A stretch of 64,000 nucleotides of DNA from Phoronis australis (GCA_002633005.1 NMRA01000300.1:241783-305782); one strand, 5' to 3'. Positions 25,001 through 38,823 are shown, counted from the stretch's first letter. The notes: generated by a model not told the origin, from the letters alone. Numbers and translations: made by a program.

Positions 25001-28000
25001 TTTATAGTCGTTGTAAGAAATGCGATCTTAGGCTCGTTTCGCAGCATTTCTATTCATAAGTCATGTTTGATGTGTTTTGAAAATTAAGTATTGTTACTCT
25101 ACTCCTGAACTTGAAATTGGCTTTCACAAGGTTCTGACCAGACAACAGTCTACGATCAAGCTTTGCAATATTTAGCATTTGAAACAAACATCAGATTTCG
25201 CCTACACCGAAAACACACAGGCTGAAAAAATCTGTGTGGCATTATAATGCAGGAAATAAAATAACGTAAAATAAAATAAATTAAAATAAAGGCTTGTTAA
25301 AATGACATAATCGAATTTAAGGAAGAAAAACGCAATTTTGGTGATTATCGTTGATTGGTGGAAGACGTCTTGACAAGTTTCCTTGACCTAAGGCACGAAA
25401 CTCCAAAATCCGTTTGCGTTTTTGTGAGTTTATTTCAAGTTGCCATTTCGTGTTGTTGTCTGGTAGTTTTTCTCTAAACCAAGGCCGGTGGCCTTACCAG
25501 TTAATGTACTTGAAATACTTTTCCGTCAATTGAGTTTAGCTCCGTCAGGAAGGTGTTGGATCGCTGTCGTTCGATTCCGCGTGGGAGCTGATCTTAGCAA
25601 AGACTGTTCTCGCCGATAATGTCATTTTAACATCCAAACAACAATACGTGTGACTGGTAATTCCCTCGTTGATTGTCTCCCTCACTTATGACATGATACC
25701 TATGACAAAATAAACGCGAAATAACAGTTGATTGGTGAGACGAGCGATGACAACTGGACTACAATTGACAAAGGTATAATTAATTAACTCTTTGAGATAA
25801 TTGAGGCTCTCTCGTTATCACCTGTCTCGGCCCAATCGCCAACCCAATCAAAGGTCGTCAAACAATCATTCCCGATTGTTATATTTTGACCAGATATTTT
25901 ACTGTAGTGCTTAACTCATAAAGATTGAGTGTCTAATTAGTGAACTTAGCTCGTGAAGATTGACTGTCTAATTAGTGAGCAAGTACACGCATAGGATCAG
26001 TTCAGTAAAGCACGCTCTCTCGAGGGATCGCGATGTTAACTTGCAGTCACAGGTGGGCACGGGCTTTCGAGGGTTTCTGCAGTAGCAAGTTTTATACAGC
26101 GTTGTATCGAAATCATGTTATGGGTGAGACTGTTGCGCAAGCTAGATAAACAAGTGATTTTATCCCTTTGTTCATGTTTGGTCGTTCAACACATGTGAAC
26201 TTATGGGCCTGTGATCTCAATTCTGTACTCGGCTTGCAGTTTGACCACTCTTCGGGTAAACCTACCAGTTTGTTCTCGAATAAAATAACGTGATTGATTT
26301 AACTTCGGGTCTAAGTTATTAGACCCTAGTCTCAAACTTGGTCCCTGTCCGCAAAAGAACTATTGTTCGTGATTCTTCGTAATAAACGTCAGCGCCAATT
26401 GCTCGTTAAAATTCCAGGTGACTCGTTTTGTCTCTCCTGTTTTAAATGGGTATCAGATCGAATTATCTCATCGCACTATTTTTCACGCATGTATTTGTTC
26501 AGCATTGAATATATACAAGCGGAGGTATATCGTGACGTAAAATGTTATGATGTGACAATCCCACGTTATCTTGGGATTGTACACAGTTTATGAACTACTT
26601 GTGCTAATTCCACGAGCGCTGTATGTTGTAAGTGAGATACGACCAGCACGAATTCAAGAATCCATTCTTTACGTTCGTTTTTTGTAGCTACTGATTGATA
26701 GTGTCTCGTCTAATTGGACTGCGCTTCTCTTTTATACCATCAAATTCTGGCAGATCATTTCTGCTAGTGCTATTTAGATAGTAATTGCACCCAATTAGTG
26801 TTAATTGCCGGAGATCAAGGGGGTGATTGCGGTTGTATTTTACATTATTCTGAGCTCGACGCGTTCTTACTCCGAGCTTTGTTGCAAGGCCAAAAGAGTT
26901 AGCAGTCAAATTGTCATGGTTTTAGGTTATATGGTTTACGCGCGCCAACGTAGATATTAGTGTTTTAATATTTTTGCCGGCAACTCCCACGTGTGACTCT
27001 ATGACAGGCAAAAGTAGCATTTTCACGATTGAAACTAATAGGAGTTCAAAATAACTTGATCTTGTGTGAAAAGCATTGGTGAAAATCCGAAAGTTACACA
27101 CAATGTAATTTCCAACCTACAAAAAGTAAAGAAACTCCTTGAGGTCGTGAATCGCAATTACGACGCATTGCAATCATGACGAAAGGAGAAACTAATGATG
27201 AAATTGTAGCTCTGGTGTTTCCTTAAATTTAATTAACAAAACTAAACGAACCAAGCTTTCCATTGACACACTAAATTATTCATTAAAAAGTCAGCGAAAT
27301 TAATATTGGCGTGATTTAAGTTATCTCTGATAGTAAATAAGTCATCTCTGCCGGCAACTTCTCAGTAACGTCAAGAGTAATTTGCCTTGATAAAAACGAA
27401 ACTTATGAAGTTACTAAATCCATCTTGGATTTGACAACTCATATAATTTAATATTAAAATCCAAGAATCTAATTGAGGCAACGAATAAAGGATCAATTAA
27501 GGGTATAATTGTAATTGATATTTAATTCGATTAATCGCTCCCTTCTATTTCTGCGCGCATGCGCAATTGCTGCATGTTTGCAAAACTTGGACAAACTGAA
27601 CACATAAGGTCTGAATGCGATTTCGTGAATGCAAATTAACATGTATAGTTGCAAACGGTGCTTTTTTAATCTTGTACTATTTTCATTTTCATTTTACCCT
27701 TCCAATAATGCGGGATTTATCCTAATTTCAGTAAGTATTCAACATAAGATTCAGAATACGGGCTATAGTCTTCAATAAACTCATTCCTACGTATTGTTAT
27801 TAGTCAGGTTTGCCAATCAAAACACGTCGTTAAAACACCTTTCGCAAATTCCATCTTTGTCCTACGTGAGTGTTCTTTCTCTTGGATTTTCTCCGTTTAT
27901 AAAAGTTCCGTGCCAATCATCTGTAGCCGCCACTTTTATACTGCAGCACCAGAAATTCAAATCCAACATTAAAAAATCCCTACTTTTATTGCACTTTTTA

Positions 28001-28070
28001 TTTTCAACAAAACACTTCTCTGTTAAAGAGCATGAGTATAGAGTACGTTGTGTGTCTTAAAATTTGCATA

Positions 28071-28190
28071 TTAATGGTAATAATAACAATAGCAATAATA
28101 ATAAAAATAATAATAATTATAATAATAATAATAGTAAAAATAATAATAATTATTATTATAGTAACAGTTATAATAATTATGATAATAATA
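28071..28190. repeat. (AAT)n microsatellite in the engrailed intron
   Basis: Degenerate AAT run; gives spurious poly-Ile ORFs on both strands. Confidence 0.9.
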
Positions 28191-31100
28191 TGTTTAACGC
28201 AGTACTTAAGCCTCCGGCCCATACGAACATGTAGCAAGTGCATGTGTCGCATTAACATTGAGGTGTTACAATAAAATTACAGTGAAATAAATAAACAACT
28301 TATAATAAAAATTTGGTGAATGAAGCGAGCTAAGTTCCAAAAATTACAGGACTTCTTCAAATAAATGAAGGGGTTGCCGTCGAAATTTTTAATGTGACGA
28401 ATATCAGACTTTCGCCTAAACCTTCATACGCTGGACACTCTATAATCATGGCTTAATTTAAACCAAAGTTTTTCCAAACTTTCAATTACTGGCAAAAATT
28501 GAGCAATGCACGTAAAGTTATAAGCGTCTCCATCAACGAGGATCAATTATAGAAGAGCTAGGGAAAAAAGAAAAGTGAGTTTAACGGATAGAACTATTTG
28601 TAATTAAATTGACTGTTGAAATTGATCAGACGAGTGATTATTGTCCGTTAACAACTGTTCTTAATCGCTGCAATATTTACATCAAAGAAATGAGGGGATA
28701 AATGGCCAACAAACTTACCTAATTAAAAGACCAATCAGTAGAGCTTGATAAATTGAGTATCGAAATTAAGAGACGAAGACGAAGATATTGTGCGAGAGGC
28801 GGTACGAATTCATGCATAAGTATTAACGACGTATGCACTGTATTTAAAATTCTTTTTACGCTAGATTTAAAAATAGGGTATTCAATATGAAAATAAAATT
28901 GAATGAACGTGTTTACGACAAGATTACAATGCAAATATTTTACGTAGGACTATCCTTGGTATATTGACTATTAAACAAGTGGTACTTTTCATCATAGATG
29001 TTCAAATATAGCACATTTTAGAAATTTACAGAGAAAATATTTCGAAAGAATGGGTTTATTACTTCATATTCACCTGTCGTAAACCCGCGTTCCGTTCAAG
29101 AAGCCAAGTTTTGATTTAGACGATTTAATGCTGTGAAACTGATCTCGTCGTATGCCTTACCTGCACGAAAAGTGGTTTTAGGGTTTTGAAATAACATACA
29201 GATCGTTATTCAGTCATTGGCGCATAAAATGACACTTGACAAAGCAACTACATGTAGTTGTAGAACGTGGTCTTCAAGTGATAGGAAAACTGGAACCACT
29301 CTTGTTCTAATGCTGACCAATACTCGTTCTGTCTGAGGAGCCATCTACCATTTATTGCTCTTGACCACTTACTATAGTAAAAATCTGTCTCAACTTGTTC
29401 CATACACAGATGAAAAGCGATATCTGAGTTGGCCTTGAGGCCATGATATTGGTAGACATTGAACACGACTGGCCAGAACAAGCGAACTTGTGAAGAGGCT
29501 CAAGCCGATCTGTACTGGATTCTAAGCAGTCCTGAAATTATATCCAGTTTGACTAAAAAAATTTTGGGGTCAAATTTGATAACAGTAACTGGCCTAAATC
29601 AAACGTTGTTTTCGTGATGGAAGGCGGGTTTTTGACGCTTTAAAGTATGAACAGTGAACACGACAGAATCAGCGGGCGATAATGACACCACCTATTGGGG
29701 AACTGTTACGTCGTCTTCACTGTCAATCACCTTTTTATTTGGGGTACGGATGATGATTTAGGAATCAACTCAAAATGTCCAATTACGTTTCGCATTAATA
29801 ATAAATGTGATTTTTTTTTCATGTTGATGATGCGCATGCGCACAGGCAGTGTCAGAGCACAACATAATCCCACCTCCCGTCAGCTGTGGGGCGAAGCCAT
29901 TTACTACGTAAGCCGACCTATTGCTCTACGGGCCAATAAAACCTTGCCCTCGTTCCGGCCTTAGCCCGCAGTGATTTTTTTTCTGATAAACCGATGTTTC
30001 GGTCACAACACATCTGTACAGCAGTTTGTAAATGTATGATTTCAGTTACGAACTAGTCTCGGATGCGACAGAAGTCTCGCCAGATCTCACCAAATTTCTT
30101 GTTTGACGTGATGCGTCACGTATTGCGAGCTGCTACCCTATGAATGACGTTATGTGAATTTGCACGTGCTGCACGCGCCACTGGTGATCTGCCAATGGCA
30201 AAGCAGCGACAAATTTGACGCATGAAACTATTTCTGCCAGATGGCAGCAGCGGTTTGTTTCATGAAAGTGCCTTCTAAGACATAAGACAAAAACTTTGTC
30301 TTACGTTCCCATTTCACAACTGCTGAAAAAAAGTTCTAGCCAAGTAATTGTGAGAGCATCACGTTTAGAAATTATTGTTAGAAATTATTCTTACGGGAGT
30401 ATTCTCAGAGACTTGGCACTTTTGTTCAAGTGGGATTTAATTTCTTTCCATCTACTTGTGTGGAGTGTAAGACCAAATTTGTGACTTAGTCTTAAAGTCA
30501 TTTTTAATGAAACAGACCCCAGCTCATGTTATTCAGTGGTGCAGCGTTGTTCGAAGACTACAGATAAAATCGTGGATATTCTGTAAATTTCGTGAGTTGA
30601 TTCCAGCCACAAATGTTACCCTTGTAATACCGAGAGCGCTAATCATTGTAAAACGTGCGGATCTCTTGTGGCAAGTTAAGCACATTGACAGTTTCCTGTG
30701 AATTGATAAGTCGTGTTTTGTTCAATCGCTTCACGTACGTTCTATCATTTGGCGAAATGGAGACATCGACAACTTTCGTCACAGCAAAAACACAATTATT
30801 CTATATCGTTCCATGCGAACACCAGCTACAGTGTGCCTGTATACACTAAGTCGACACATATCGGAACATCAATCGTCGACAGTGTTACGCCACACACACC
30901 TTGCCCTCCTGCGTGATAACAGTAACCCGTCAACAAATTTTCACTGTTGCTGCGGTCAAAACTGCATTAAAATATTTTGTGATCGGATAATCAGAACTGA
31001 ATTATATATTTGTGTTACTGTCTGAACCCATTGGCCGGCCAAGATGACCTGTCCTTGTGTACAATAGTTGTTTATGTCGTTGAAGCCGCCGATTTCCTAG

Positions 31101-32264
31101 CAATCGTCTGAGAATGATGGGTAACTCTCATTACCGATATTACTTATCATCACGCGCTATCATAATCAGAGTAACTACGAGATGACGCGTTATTTAACGG
31201 GATCGCGCCACATTCATTGTAATTGAATTCAACAATCACGCGTCATTACCGAAATTACATTCGGCGTTCTGCGCTGAACCGGCTGAAGATCTCGACTGTT
31301 AAATAGCTTGTTTAAATGATTTTGAGACAGATGAGCGGACTCTATATCGCCTTAATTAAAAGTATATTGTTAATTTGAGCTTAATAGAATATCGGCTTAG
31401 GAATTGACAAGACTAAATGGGGCGCGGTGTAATGGAGAGTTACTTATTAAATCAGTTGAGAGGTGATCTGGCTGTAATTGGTTTATCAGGAAACGATAGC
31501 CTGGCTTACATGGGATACGGTTTAGACTGGGAATTTAATCGCAAATAAATTGTGTGTGAAAATATAGGCACGAGGCTGTTTTCAATTTTGACGAAACTTA
31601 GATAATCACATGTTTTTACAATGACTTGATTAATTTGTAAAACATGATTGCTGTTACCAGAGGTTGGGCTTTGATTATTTTCTAGTAGTATTGAACCTCG
31701 TGAATGATGGAGTATAATTCTACGCGCGCAGCAATTAAATCTCTCAAGTTCAAAGAAGTTAGAACAGAATCATTTTACAATCATCAATCTCAGCAAATTA
31801 TAACTCAATCGTCTCAAATCAATCAAACACTTGCTTTAGACTTTATCTGAGTGGAGAAGCTTAAAAATTAAGTCTTACAAGGGTTTTAAAGCTGCACGCC
31901 ATCTTATGTTGCACTGTTTCATTTAAAAGGAATCATAATTAACAATTAACGCCGCTCTGTTGTGGAGGGATATGTTGATGGCTGTTATACTAGTTGGTTG
32001 TCGATACGATAACGATCTCCATTTCCCAATAAATCACAGGCGCACGTGATATCGGCGGAAATAACCATGTTCCAAGCAGAACATTATGGTTCGCATCTCC
32101 GTTCAGCTGTTCCCCAAGATTTAATTCTCGAATTAAGAGATAACGGCCCGTCTGAAATTTGGTTAGTCACGTGATGAGCGCACGTGTCGCCTCGGTATCA
32201 GTTGAGTAAATCGGCAGTTAAGCGCTAATTAACGTTTCAATCACGTTACTTTTATTGTGCGCAG

Positions 32265-32575
32265 GTCCAAGATCCAGAAAATTCAAGAAAAGAGAGAATG
32301 GTGTTGACGATAAGAGACCCCGGACGGCGTTCACGGCGGACCAACTTCAACGGCTTAAAAAGGAATTTGAAGAGAATCGCTACTTAACCGAACAAAGGCG
32401 ACAGAACTTGGCGAGGGAATTGAAACTGAACGAATCTCAAATAAAAATTTGGTTTCAGAATAAGAGAGCCAAGTTAAAGAAAGCCAGCGGAGTCAGGAAC
32501 AATTTAGCATTACATTTAATGGCCCAGGGACTTTACAATCATTCAGCAGTACCTGTTCACGAGAGAAAAAATTAA
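32265..32575 (+). CDS. en: engrailed homeobox protein, coding exon 2 (EH3, homeodomain, EH5)
   Basis: Acceptor GCAG|GT at 32264/32265 restores SSG-PRSRK. Homeodomain [58 protein letters not shown]; EH5 [16 protein letters not shown]; TAA at 32573-32575. Confidence 0.97.
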
Positions 32576-32680
32576 TATCTTTGTAATGTCTTGCTCTGGC
32601 GGACCTTGACTAACTCTCCTACATTATAATAGTAAAAAACAACATGTTAGTATTTTTGTCTGTTCCAAAAACTTTGTGTT

Positions 32681-32686
32681 AATAAA
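32681..32686 (+). terminator. Candidate polyadenylation signal for engrailed (another at 33362-33367)
   Basis: AATAAA about 105 nt after the stop codon; usage unverified. Confidence 0.35.
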
Positions 32687-35600
32687 AGCCCGTTAATCTT
32701 CCACGCATTCAGTCTAGTCCGTAAATGCAACCTAACGGACTCTTGTGGGTGAAAATTTTCCAATGTAGTTTTAGGACAAGATTTATCATAAAGATAAATG
32801 CTGCTACGTGTGGTGTTTTACAATGAATATTGGGAATCTAAAATGGAAAATCACGCTCCTATTTAACTGCCATGGCCCAGTCGAGGACTTACAAAGAACC
32901 TGATGTAGCGAATCTCGCCTACCCGAGGTGGTTAACTCTCTAGCGAAGACATCGCCCCCACCCGGGAAATGTCGTCAGTGTGAACAGAGTAGTGTTGTGT
33001 GTTTTGTATAGTAATACATCGCAAATCAGACATAATTGTGTTATTAATTTATATAGTTTGAACATTGTTTATTCACGTGTGTGCGTGTATATTTTTTAAC
33101 CGAGATGGTTGTAATATATATTAAATATTGTTAATGATATCTTTTTTGATTTTCCGATTATAACTTGCACAATACAGACATGAGTACGTAAATCATTCTG
33201 GAAGTCAATGGTTTGATGCCGCCGATATAGACGCAAATTTTCCCTGCAAGGAAATCTTACAATTTTGGCATAATGCAACTTTTCAGAAAATGGTCGTGAC
33301 AACTTTCGTTTAAACTCGCGTCCACAAGTCAAAGAAACGAACTTTTCTTTTCGCCTCCACCAATAAAATTGTCTTCTTAATTTGTTCCTTTCTCAGAAGT
33401 GGTTTATGGGTTTGGAAACAACTAGCAGTTCGTCAGACTATGATCGCCGTATATAACTATCAGCTGTGACCACCATTACTGCGTCCCGGTGTAACGAAAG
33501 GTTAGCTCTTTCCAAGCCCTGAATTCATCTCTGATTTCACTAAGAAAATATGTTGGGGCAATTTCGTAATTGTAAAGTGTACAAAACCAAAATTTAGATT
33601 TTGGATGAAAGACGCAGGGACTTGTAGGTTTCAATTTTAAAACGGCAAACGTTCCAAACATCAACACTGACGCACCGAGAGTTTCAGTCGATTCAAGACA
33701 AGGCTTACTTTACAATACATAAAACAAACTACAGAGACTAGAAACAAAAACTTTGCTGTGAATGTCAATGGAAAAGTGCGCGTGATTGAAAGGGCCGTGT
33801 TATCCGCCGTCCGGCACGTAACGTGTGTCACGTGCTCAGTGTATGACTTTTATTCTTTTGGCAAGAACATTTTTTCATCAAATTTAACTTTTGTAGAGGT
33901 ACGAATTCGCAGACTACGATTTGATGTTCTGAGTGCATAGCAGTAAAATTACCTTTTTGTATCAAGCTACCGTTCACAAGTTGCATTTCAAGCAGTTCAC
34001 TCAGTTGTAGTGAGTGCCCGGGAGACTATAACGGGTGTGGAGCTGAACTCAACCATTTAGAGAGAGGCCTTGTCCATTTAGAGAGTGGACTCAAAAGGGG
34101 CCCATTTGTAGGAGCGTCATTTGAAGAATCGCCCTTTCGTAGAACGTCACTTTTTCTTAGGGATTGCTTCCTTGAATTTAACCCTTTCGAGAGGATTCAA
34201 TAATATTTTGATACATTTTACCAGAAAGATCACTAGACATAAAATCAAGATAGGTTCCTTAACGTTAACTCTTTCGAGGGATTCAGCAGTATTTTAATAC
34301 ACTACATCAGAAGATATCACTAAAATCGAAGTTACGTATGTCAAAACTTGGCTAACTGCAGAACATCGTTGATCGCATTCATGACATGTGAAACTTTCAG
34401 ATATCACGCTTTGCCAATTGTTAGGGATTGTTTTATAACGCGCCCCCTTTTGTAGGAAGGGCTGTCAAAAGTAGGACTTAATGATGTTTATGAAGGCTCT
34501 CAAGTTGTATCAAAGAAAATAAAATAACATTTTTTATTTCATCTTGAATACTTACAAAAGACATTTTATCATGGTATTGATACCTTAGTATTGCCGGTGC
34601 ATGTGTCTTTCTTTTTTCAGTTTTAATAAAATAATTTATCACGTGACCCAATGAATTGCTAGTTTGATATGAAGTCAAAAGTCGAATAATGCAGCCTTTC
34701 TTCATTCATAAAATGTTTTCTTTTAACTGAGTCAAATAATGCAGTCTTTCTTCATTCATAAAATGTTTTCTTTTGACTGAGTCAAATTCAGGCGATTTTT
34801 TATATATTTGACTGAATGCGCAGACTTGTTGGCAAGGTTTTACATAAACTTAAAAATTCTTCCTTAGGTTTTTGTTCTTAATGGAAAAGGATCCTTTTTG
34901 TAGAACTTCGAACATACAAAGTNCCTCCCCCCCATTTGGCGAAGTGGGCAAAAAGGTCCGCCTCAGAGAAACAAAAATGTCCGAGACTAAACGAGACAGA
35001 AGTCCACGGAAAACGGACAGACGTACAGTGAAGGTAGTCCTCCCGCTTTTTTGTCAGCAAAGGGTCCACATCGCCAAAAATTCGAGCCCCCCATATTAAA
35101 GGCTGGGTGCGCGCATACCTTTTTGTAGGGAATTAAACCAGAGACAGTACCCTTTCCTAGAAAACTGGTGGTGAAATAGTCACTTACCTGAGTGATAGGT
35201 CCCGTGTACCTCTTCTGTGGGAGTAGCCCCTTACCGGAATACCCTCCCCCATGAACTTTAGGTTGGTTGCATGTGTGTGCGCCCAGCAAAAACGTTAATA
35301 GGCAACTAGGATTTTTGGGTCACGATACGTCTCTGAGAAGAGGTATCCCGTAAGAGCATTAGTATGTGACACCTGCCGACAATGATCACGCTCACGTAAT
35401 ATCGCGCCCCCGTGTGAACTTGATGAGAACTGCATGAAAGACGAGACAAGTGTTAACATCTTTTGCAGGTTTTTAAGCCCAGTGTGGCTAGTCATGGATG
35501 GAATATTATGAAAATGCTTATAAAAGACAATCTTTCCAGCCTCAATAGCCAGTAACGAACGAGTCTATACTGTCATGTAAACAGAACCCTGCCTGACATC

Positions 35601-36768
35601 ACCTCTTGCAAAGCCGAAGTGCATTGACTGAATGGAAGGACATTTTCATGTTGGAATTATTTACAAATCGGAATAATTTACAATCGCCTGTCCAACCAGC
35701 ACAGCGATTACTGTTACACCGTTTACCTCATTATTTGCCAACGTTTGTTTTCTGCAGCTTCTCGAAAACATCGTTATCGGGTTAATTAGCGATTACGGGA
35801 GACGGACATGCGGGCTCGAATGCAATATAATACAGTCGAAGTACTCAATTGTTTAAAATGGGACAGATGAGCGTGTTTAAAATTCATATATCCATGTACT
35901 CATATATAACGTATTGTGTCAATATTTTTAAAACATTGCCTTTGATTACTAAGTTGAACAACATGACATTAGACCTGAACTTGCATGCATTGACTATAGA
36001 AATTCTCTGCCTTACAATGTAAAACATTAAACTTGATTTCAGCGTAGAAAAAATTACTTTTGTCATTCAGATTGACCAATATTCTTATAAAAAATGTCTT
36101 GTCCCATGTGAGGGTCTTACCGTACGGAAATCAAGGAGTAGGTTATTTCTAAAAACACATAGTTTCAGTCAGACACAGACTTTTAATGTCTCTCTCAAGT
36201 TGCTGTTGTGGTAAGTAGCGACACCTATAGCTCGATGTCCGTACAGCCTTCTTACCTGAATGTTTTGCCCTGACTTATTTCTACTAACTGGATGTCCTAA
36301 TCTCAGTTTATATCTCAGTGAATTGCTTTAGATGTAATTTCAGTTCTTTGTATCATAGTTTTATATTGTAGATTCACGATGTGTATTATCTAAATAAATG
36401 TTAATTGTTCTTGTATTTCTGAAAATTTGTGTGCGGTAATTCCGACAAAGACAGCGGGCCGAGACTCAGAAGTGCCGGGCAGATTACTTGAGCAACCAAC
36501 CTTACTTTAACCGGCAGGCATTTTAGTAGTCACCATAGCTAACTTGTCAACCGACACTGAGTTATCAATGAGAGCTTGTGATGACTTCTGGGCGCCGGAA
36601 AATGTTGAATTCACTAGACTGAGAAAGTAAATGCCCCAGCCGTGAAAAGTCCACTGAAGTTGAAGACCACGCTCATAAGTAAAGCTACTCCAGCTTGCAA
36701 TTATTAATTTAAATTCGACCTTATAATTTGCTTAATTTACTTAGTCACAGGTCAAAATCGTGGGTTTA

Positions 36769-36937
36769 CAGTGGCGGCCGGATCCAGGATTTTTAGTTGA
36801 GGTGGCCGGCCAGGGCAGAGTTAGCCAGGATTTTGCCTGCCGCCGAGGCATTCGCACCCCCGGACTGTCGAACGGAATCTGGGAGAGTTTTACGGGGGCG
36901 GGCATGGCCCCTTGGCCCACCTCTAAATCCGCCACTG
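36769..36937. mobile_element. MITE-like element with CAGTGGCGG...CCGCCACTG TIRs and 5-bp TSD (GTTTA)
   Basis: Perfect 9-bp inverted termini; GTTTA at 36764-36768 and 36938-36942; GC-rich insert in an AT-rich background. Confidence 0.7.
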
Positions 36938-37470
36938 GTTTATAGTCGTGTTTCTTATGGCCAACTTGAAAGGTGGTGACGGGACGCGACGGCCGGCACT
37001 GCCGGATAGGTCTAGTAAGGCACTTCGCATGGGAGCGCCGGGGTTCATTCTGGCGGTGTATCTTTATGCAGTATATTACTCACAGACATCCCTTTCCATA
37101 TATATTGTTTAGTGTCTCTTATTTCACCAATCAAAAGGTAAATCAGGCATATCGTTTCCACCACAAGGCCATAGCTTGCACGCCATGCGCCTTTACCGAG
37201 CACTGCCGGCTTTTTGCGAAAACCACAGGGGAGAAATGTAAACTAGCGCCATCTTTTGCACAAATAATAAAGCATAGTGGGACAGGTAAATGTAACTGCG
37301 CGACAAGTATTGTTGAAATTTATTATAGTGTTCGGTTTGTGTTCAAATTTTGGTTCAAAATTTCAAATTTTTGCCTTTAAAAAGTTAAGATTATGCAAAT
37401 GGGCTTCTAATAATTTTTTTATATCAAATATACCATTTAACCGTGGCTTTAGTAATGTCTACTTAACAAC

Positions 37471-37573
37471 GCTAACATAGCAACGATAGAGTAAACGAGA
37501 GACACGGTGGAAGAGAACTTATGAAAGATACACTATTCGTGCCGAAGTTTTACTATTTTGATCTGATATAAAG
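37471..37573 (+). promoter_or_regulatory. Putative ODAD2 promoter / non-coding first exon with RFX half-site
   Basis: GCTAACATAGCAAC (37471-37484) followed by GTAAAC; possible donor AAG|GTATTT at 37573/37574 pairing with acceptor TTTCAG at 38092 upstream of the ATG. Confidence 0.35.
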
Positions 37574-38112
37574 GTATTTATTGATGGGGTTAGTCCGTGG
37601 TAATGCTAGAAATCTCAACTTTGTAAAGATGCGCCTCACCACGTTGTTAAATTTCCGCCAACCGTCCTCAATCTGCTACAAATACAACGTCAACGGCTAC
37701 GCGTGGTGTGGTCATTTATGACATTACTCACTGCCACTGTCTTTTACTGTTATTGCCTTGGAATAATTACGAAAGAAATGTTGTGATGGCATCACATTTA
37801 TCGGGGGTGGGGGCAGTCATTCCTTTGGGCAGGGTTTTGTGCTTTTGTAGTTAGATTGCAGATTCTCAAAATGCAGGACCCGGCCATGTAAGTCATTGTA
37901 AGTGACTGCTGCCCCTGGCCACAAATCAATAAAGGAAACCTGTGTTTATACCAAAGCTAAGGGTTATACTTGTGGAATTGAATAATGGAGATTTAAATTT
38001 TTCCTCTATAGCTGCGACTGTTGGTAACACTAATAGTGATTCAGTCAGAGAAATCTTGTACTTCTTCTTAACTGTCTGTATTTGAATTTCAGGAAAGACT
38101 TCCACCTTTACA

Positions 38113-38318
38113 ATGGGACAGACTTTAGCAAAAGCCACCCAGGGTGGCAAGAAATTAGAGTATAATGACGTTAACAAGTCTCTTCTGGATGATATCATCG
38201 AATTCTCGATAGGTTTCCCATCCACTTATCCAAGTGAAGCCAAATATGTTTTTAACAAACCTTTAACGTGGGAGACAAAGTTGGAACCATCAGCATTTAC
38301 TGGAAAATATGAGCAAAG
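38113..38318 (+). CDS. ODAD2: ODAD2/ARMC4 coding exon 1
   Basis: MGQTLAKATQ...YPSEAKYVFNKPLTWETKLEPSAF resembles the ARMC4 N-terminus as recalled ([24 protein letters not shown]); donor AG|GT, phase 2. Confidence 0.85.
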
Positions 38319-38823
38319 GTATCTTCAACATCTTGTCTTACAAAGTATACACAGCTTTTGAAAAATATATCCAAAACCTGTTCAATCTGCTTTGCGAAGT
38401 GCTCGAGAGTTATAATTACGTTCTCTGACGTCACAAGTCAGTTTATTCACAGTTACCATAGCAAATAAATTCAGAGTTAATTGGCTATATTAGAGGTTTA
38501 TCTCTTGATAACCGAGAAAGGTTAATTTTTTGCAGCAAATCTGTCACATAAATTCATTGCTGTAAAAACAGTTAAATAAAACATTAAACCTTGTAAGATT
38601 GAACAGCATCAATAAACACATAACTTGTTATATTGTTACATTGACGTGTCTGTTGAGCTCTAACAAGGTGATATGGTCTATAAATAATTTGTCTAAAAAG
38701 TTGTCTCAGCTATTCAAAGTTGTAAAATAAGTTTTCTTATTGCGCTCGTCATAAATGACTATCAGTTTCTTAAAAGTATATTTTTGTGTAATAACATTTA
38801 AGACTACTCTTTTTTCTAATCAG

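Noticed and set aside
28004-28274. Poly-Ile membrane-like ORFs on both strands
   Set aside because: (AAT)n microsatellite.
34830-35420. GC-richer block with several short ORFs and an N at 34923
   Set aside because: Looks like an interspersed repeat fragment at an assembly join; no termini or domain could be defined.
38113-38130. MGQTLA as an N-myristoylation signal
   Set aside because: Gly2 is present but there is no Ser/Thr at position 6; too weak to claim.
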